This document shows positions 59,884 through 64,000 of a DNA stretch of 64,000 nucleotides, piece by piece; positions within the stretch are counted from its first letter, which is position 1, and each line of letters opens with the position of its first letter. The translations under genes were made by a program, and so were the position numbers. Under the pieces are notes generated by a model. The model did not search any database and had not been told where the DNA came from. It saw only the letters and a list, made by a program, of their open reading frames with translations. This stretch comes from the human T2T-CHM13v2.0 reference genome, Homo sapiens: assembly GCF_009914755.1 (NCBI RefSeq), contig NC_060939.1; one strand, 5' to 3'.

Positions 59884-61378
59884 TCCCTCCTTCATTGTCT
59901 CCTGCCTACCAAGCCCTATCTGCTATTGAAAATCTTGTTTGCGGGTGGCAAACTCAACCAGGTAGGGAATGCTGATGGGTGGAAGAGTCCCGATGAGGAT
60001 GTCGTAATGGGGCAGTGTATACAGGGGAGCAGCATCTCATCTCCTGCTTGTTTCTATGTGTGAATGTAAAACTTGTGTTGCTAGTGTCCCCAGTATTTAA
60101 GGGTAGTCAGAAATTCAAAAAATTAAGTGTGTTTTATCTGCCAATATTTAAACGTTGAAACTAATTTAAAAATCACTCAAGGGTCGCAAATTTGAAAACT
60201 CCAGCCGGTATAATTACATTTCCCCCCACATGACTTTCCTTGATATCCCACACTTAGAGATGACATCTCGTTCAGCTGAATTCCCTATAGGGAGCTGCAT
60301 TCTTATGGCTCAGTATTAATGGCCCTGTATGGTACATTTTAATTTTTTCCAAGTAGACTATAAATTTGAAGACAGTAGAAACAATGTTCATTTTTTTATT
60401 CTCCAAGGCTTAGTATTTAATGTGTTATCAGTTGAAAGAATGAATAAAGGAATGCATAAATGAATAAATACATTTCGGTTTAGCAGGAGTCAGCAAAGAT
60501 CACTAATAGGGTCAACAACAGGAGTGAGACAAGGCAATACTGAGCAAAGCACAGAAATCCAACACTTTTCAAACCATGACCAGGCAGCAACAACTTGATC
60601 CCGTTGTGGTATTTTCTTGTGGTTCTCAATTAAATACATTTACTTGAGGTGTTATGAAATGAGTTAAATTCCTCCTCTCTCCAACAGCTGCTGTCCCTCA
60701 GGCCTCAGTCGCTCAAACAGCCCACAGCAGATAGGCTGTGTAAACAGAAGCATTCCCAGTTTACTTAGGGAAAATCCTTATGTCAGAGCACAGAGCACAC
60801 GGCCCCAGTGAGAACGGCCAGAGGGTTCCTGAAGTGGCCTTCATCAGTACCCTAGCCAGTCTTATATCTGAAGTTTTTAGCCATAATTTTTTCCCTGGAT
60901 AGAAATTAATTTTAAGTCCCACAATATTAATAACAGCATTAAGAACTAATATAATAAAAGTTTATTGACTAATTTTGCACCATAATTTGTGTTTGATTCT
61001 TGTGCTGCCATGTTTTTATGAAATGGAAACACTGTTTGTAGGCTGAATAATAATGAAAGAAAAAGAGCAAATGATACTTTGAAAATCATTCATTGGGATT
61101 TAAGATGTTTTGGGTCAGGAAACTTAATGCTATTTTCATGAGGGATGGGTAGAATAATTTAAAAAATAATAAAAGAATCTGCCCAACCAGAGAAATGCTT
61201 AAGAATACATAATCACTTATGGTAGGTTTATATATTATTTGGCTATACTCAGAAATTGATGTCTTTGTAAAAGCCTTTTTAGATCATCAAGAAAGGAGAA
61301 GTTGAGAGTACGATCAAGAATCTGTTATCAAGGGCTAAATTGACATGTGTGATTGTCCTATCACCACCATGGGATGGA

Positions 61379-61379
<1 letters not shown>

Positions 61380-61417
<38 letters not shown>
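61380..61417. repeat. (TAA)n microsatellite at a MIR end
   Basis: About 12 TAA units followed by antisense MIR-like sequence. Confidence 0.9.
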
Positions 61418-61419
<2 letters not shown>

Positions 61420-63204
61420 GTTAATGGAAGTTAACCAGTTTATTCCAGGCACTGTGCCTACCATTTCATAGCCACAATCTCATTTATTCCTCATAACCAT
61501 CCTATGAGGTTGATTTTCTTACTAGACAAGGAAATGAGTCCAGTAGTTAGCCCCAAGACACATATTCGTGAATGATATCATTGAAGCTTTAACCCAAGGT
61601 AGAGTATGTACCTACTGTGCCTTTGACATGGTCTCCTGCTATAATACTGCAGCACAAACACAATAGGAATGGAAACCAGGGAGCTTCCATCAAACTCCAG
61701 AACATTCTCATAAGTGACAGTTGAACCAAGGGAATATAGTTAAAGTAAGGTGCCTTTTACTGGGACATGAGATAAAAGAGTTGAGTAGCACAAGCATCAG
61801 AATCAGAATCAGGCATAGGAAACAGGCTCAAGAAACAAAAAGATCAAACACAGTGTCAGGAGTGGACATTGGGGTCAGAGTCATACATTAGAGCAAGGGT
61901 CAGGACAGATGGAGTAAAGACCTAACATTTAGAATTAGAAATATGGTTAAAGAACAGGGACAGAAACCATCCATTCTACTATAAGCTCTCAAGAAAGATG
62001 ATTTTCTCAAATCTGGTAGGTGAAGGCTTGCTGGCAAGAGCTGTATTATAAAGGGTGCTCGGTGTGGTTATTGTGCCACGTGACTGTACTACATAGCCCT
62101 GAGTGATGGTTATTCTTATAGTAAATTTGGATGCGTGGATATAATTATCACTTGTTGTTGAAGAACCCTTTAAACTAGTGAAGTCCGAATCTTACTTTTT
62201 TTAAAAAAAATATTGACCTAGTGTTTTTCCTTTGGAACCAAAATCTTCAACATCTCGTGCTATGGAAAACAAAAAAAATTCTTCAGCGGCTCTCTCCAAT
62301 TCCTGCTCAAACAAAATGTACCACCTTTTAAGCAGTGAAGAGCACACATAGTGGACTGCTTTTAATGACTCATTCTGTTTAATAAATGACTTTGAGAACC
62401 ATCGAAGACGGTGTGAGAGTAGGGGTGCCAATGACATAGATATGCTTCTAGGAGAATATCCAGGTATCCGTAAAGGCAGACCCATGCCAAGGCCTTACCA
62501 TTATTCCTAAAAGGACTAAATGACTAAATAACAGTGTGTGTACTTGGACAGGGGGCATTGTATCCCCGTTATTGGAAGAGGTTGGGTAGCTTCCCTTCTC
62601 CAGAATCTAACCATAGCTGTTGTCCAACCAAAGGGTCCATTACCAGAGATGAATGTAATAATAATGGAGTTGGCAGCAGGAGTTAAGCCAGAATCTTCTG
62701 TCTGCATTGATCACAGGGAAGAGACAAGTCCAGCAGAGATGCTAGCCCAGCAGCCTGGTGTCCATTCCACCTCTCAGGTGCTGGGCTGAGATCCGTTCTT
62801 GAACAGGGAAGGATCAGAAGAACTTAAGGAAAGTTAAGGTCATGCTTGAAAGACCTCTGTGTATCAAAGGGAAAGCTGCCAAATCCACAAGGGTGGGGTA
62901 GATGGTAACACAACTGATGAAATTTGGAACTTTACGAGCCCAATACCCTCAGGAACTGAGAAGGGAGCTAAGAGTCAAGATAGAAGCAAAGCATGGTTCG
63001 AGACAACTGTTTGCAAGGAGCCGGGAGGCTGTGCCTTGTCACTGGGTACCAGCTATGTGGTGTGTGGTATTCAGCTAGGTTTAAAGGCATATGGTCAGGT
63101 CAGAAAAAGAAAACAAAAATCCCTGGCTTTGAATCTGAGGAGCAGGCTGAGAGTGAAGGAGATATTTCCCCCATCTCTTAATATTCTCAGGGCTACAGTA
63201 TAAT

Positions 63205-63375
63205 GGAATGAGCCTGAGCCTCTGAATCAGACAGAGCTGGTTTCAGGTTCTGGTTTCATTCCCTGTTACCTGTGTCAAGCTCGCCATTTTCTTTTCTGGC
63301 CTAGATGCCTCTTCCTCATTTGTAAGTGAATATAATCATATTTACCTCACAAAGGTTTTCAAAATTTCATTGGGA
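63205..63375 (+). mobile_element. MIR
   Basis: ctctgaatcagacagagctggtttc...ttcctcatttgtaa...tacctcacaaagg. Confidence 0.6.
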
Positions 63376-64000
63376 ATGTCAACCCCGGAGCCTGAGTCAA
63401 AGTATATTTTTAATCTTGCCATTAATAACGATAACAGTCCTAATAAAAGATCATTTTAGATCTGTCATTGTTGGTAAGCCGCTTTCTCTTCCTTCATTCA
63501 ATCCACCATTGTGGCTCAAGGAAATGGCTGGAATGAATTAACTTTGGGAAAGAACTAGATATAATAGTGGGAGAATCAGTGCTGGAGAGAGAAGTAAAAA
63601 GCCACCTCTTATAGCTCTGGTGGATTATGGGAAGCAAAAGAACAACAGCAAGAAAAGCAAGGGCTTCGTCATAGGCATCCTGGCCTCCATTCTCAGGGCT
63701 GAAGTGTTTTGGGGAAAATGTGTTAGAGAAAGGTGAAGAGGAAGCAGAGGAGACAGATGTGACTGTCTCTAGAACTCTGGAAGAAAAAGCAGAGAGATGC
63801 GATTGCTGTGTAGAAGGGTTTCTCCTCCCACCCCCTGCTCCTGCCCGCAAGGCAAGGTGGCTGCAAGGAAGTAAAAGTGATGGGGGCAGGGTCGTGGGTG
63901 TTACTGCTATTCTGTCTGGATCTCCTGTACCAGCCTGTGCATCTCTCCCCGGATACTGTATTGTCTGACAAGGAGAAACTGTTGTTCTCTTCTGTTGTTG

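Overview
Human-type (primate) genomic DNA lying inside a very large + strand gene. The only host coding sequence I can support is one 181-nt exon (18171-18351) of the cytosolic carboxypeptidase AGBL1/CCP4, encoding the M14 Zn-binding ARVHPGE motif and IPMLNPDG. The rest is intron filled with interspersed repeats: a full-length decayed L1PA7-type element, several older L1s (one 5'-inverted), about nine Alus, MIR/L2/L3, LTRs, hAT MITEs and simple repeats. Repeat family names come from recalled consensus sequences, not from a RepeatMasker run. I see no new multi-gene system. The most unusual structure is a ~209-bp templated insertion ending ~35 nt upstream of the exon. It is stitched from two donors ~1.2 kb upstream and ~1.2 kb downstream, and it leaves the catalytic exon flanked by 155-bp near-identical direct repeats. 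Also notable are an intact ORF0-like antisense ORF in the dead L1, an LTR8 fragment ending at its poly(A) site next to a 375-bp GGA tract, an older ~240-bp local duplication and a MER53 (miR-1302-type) hairpin.
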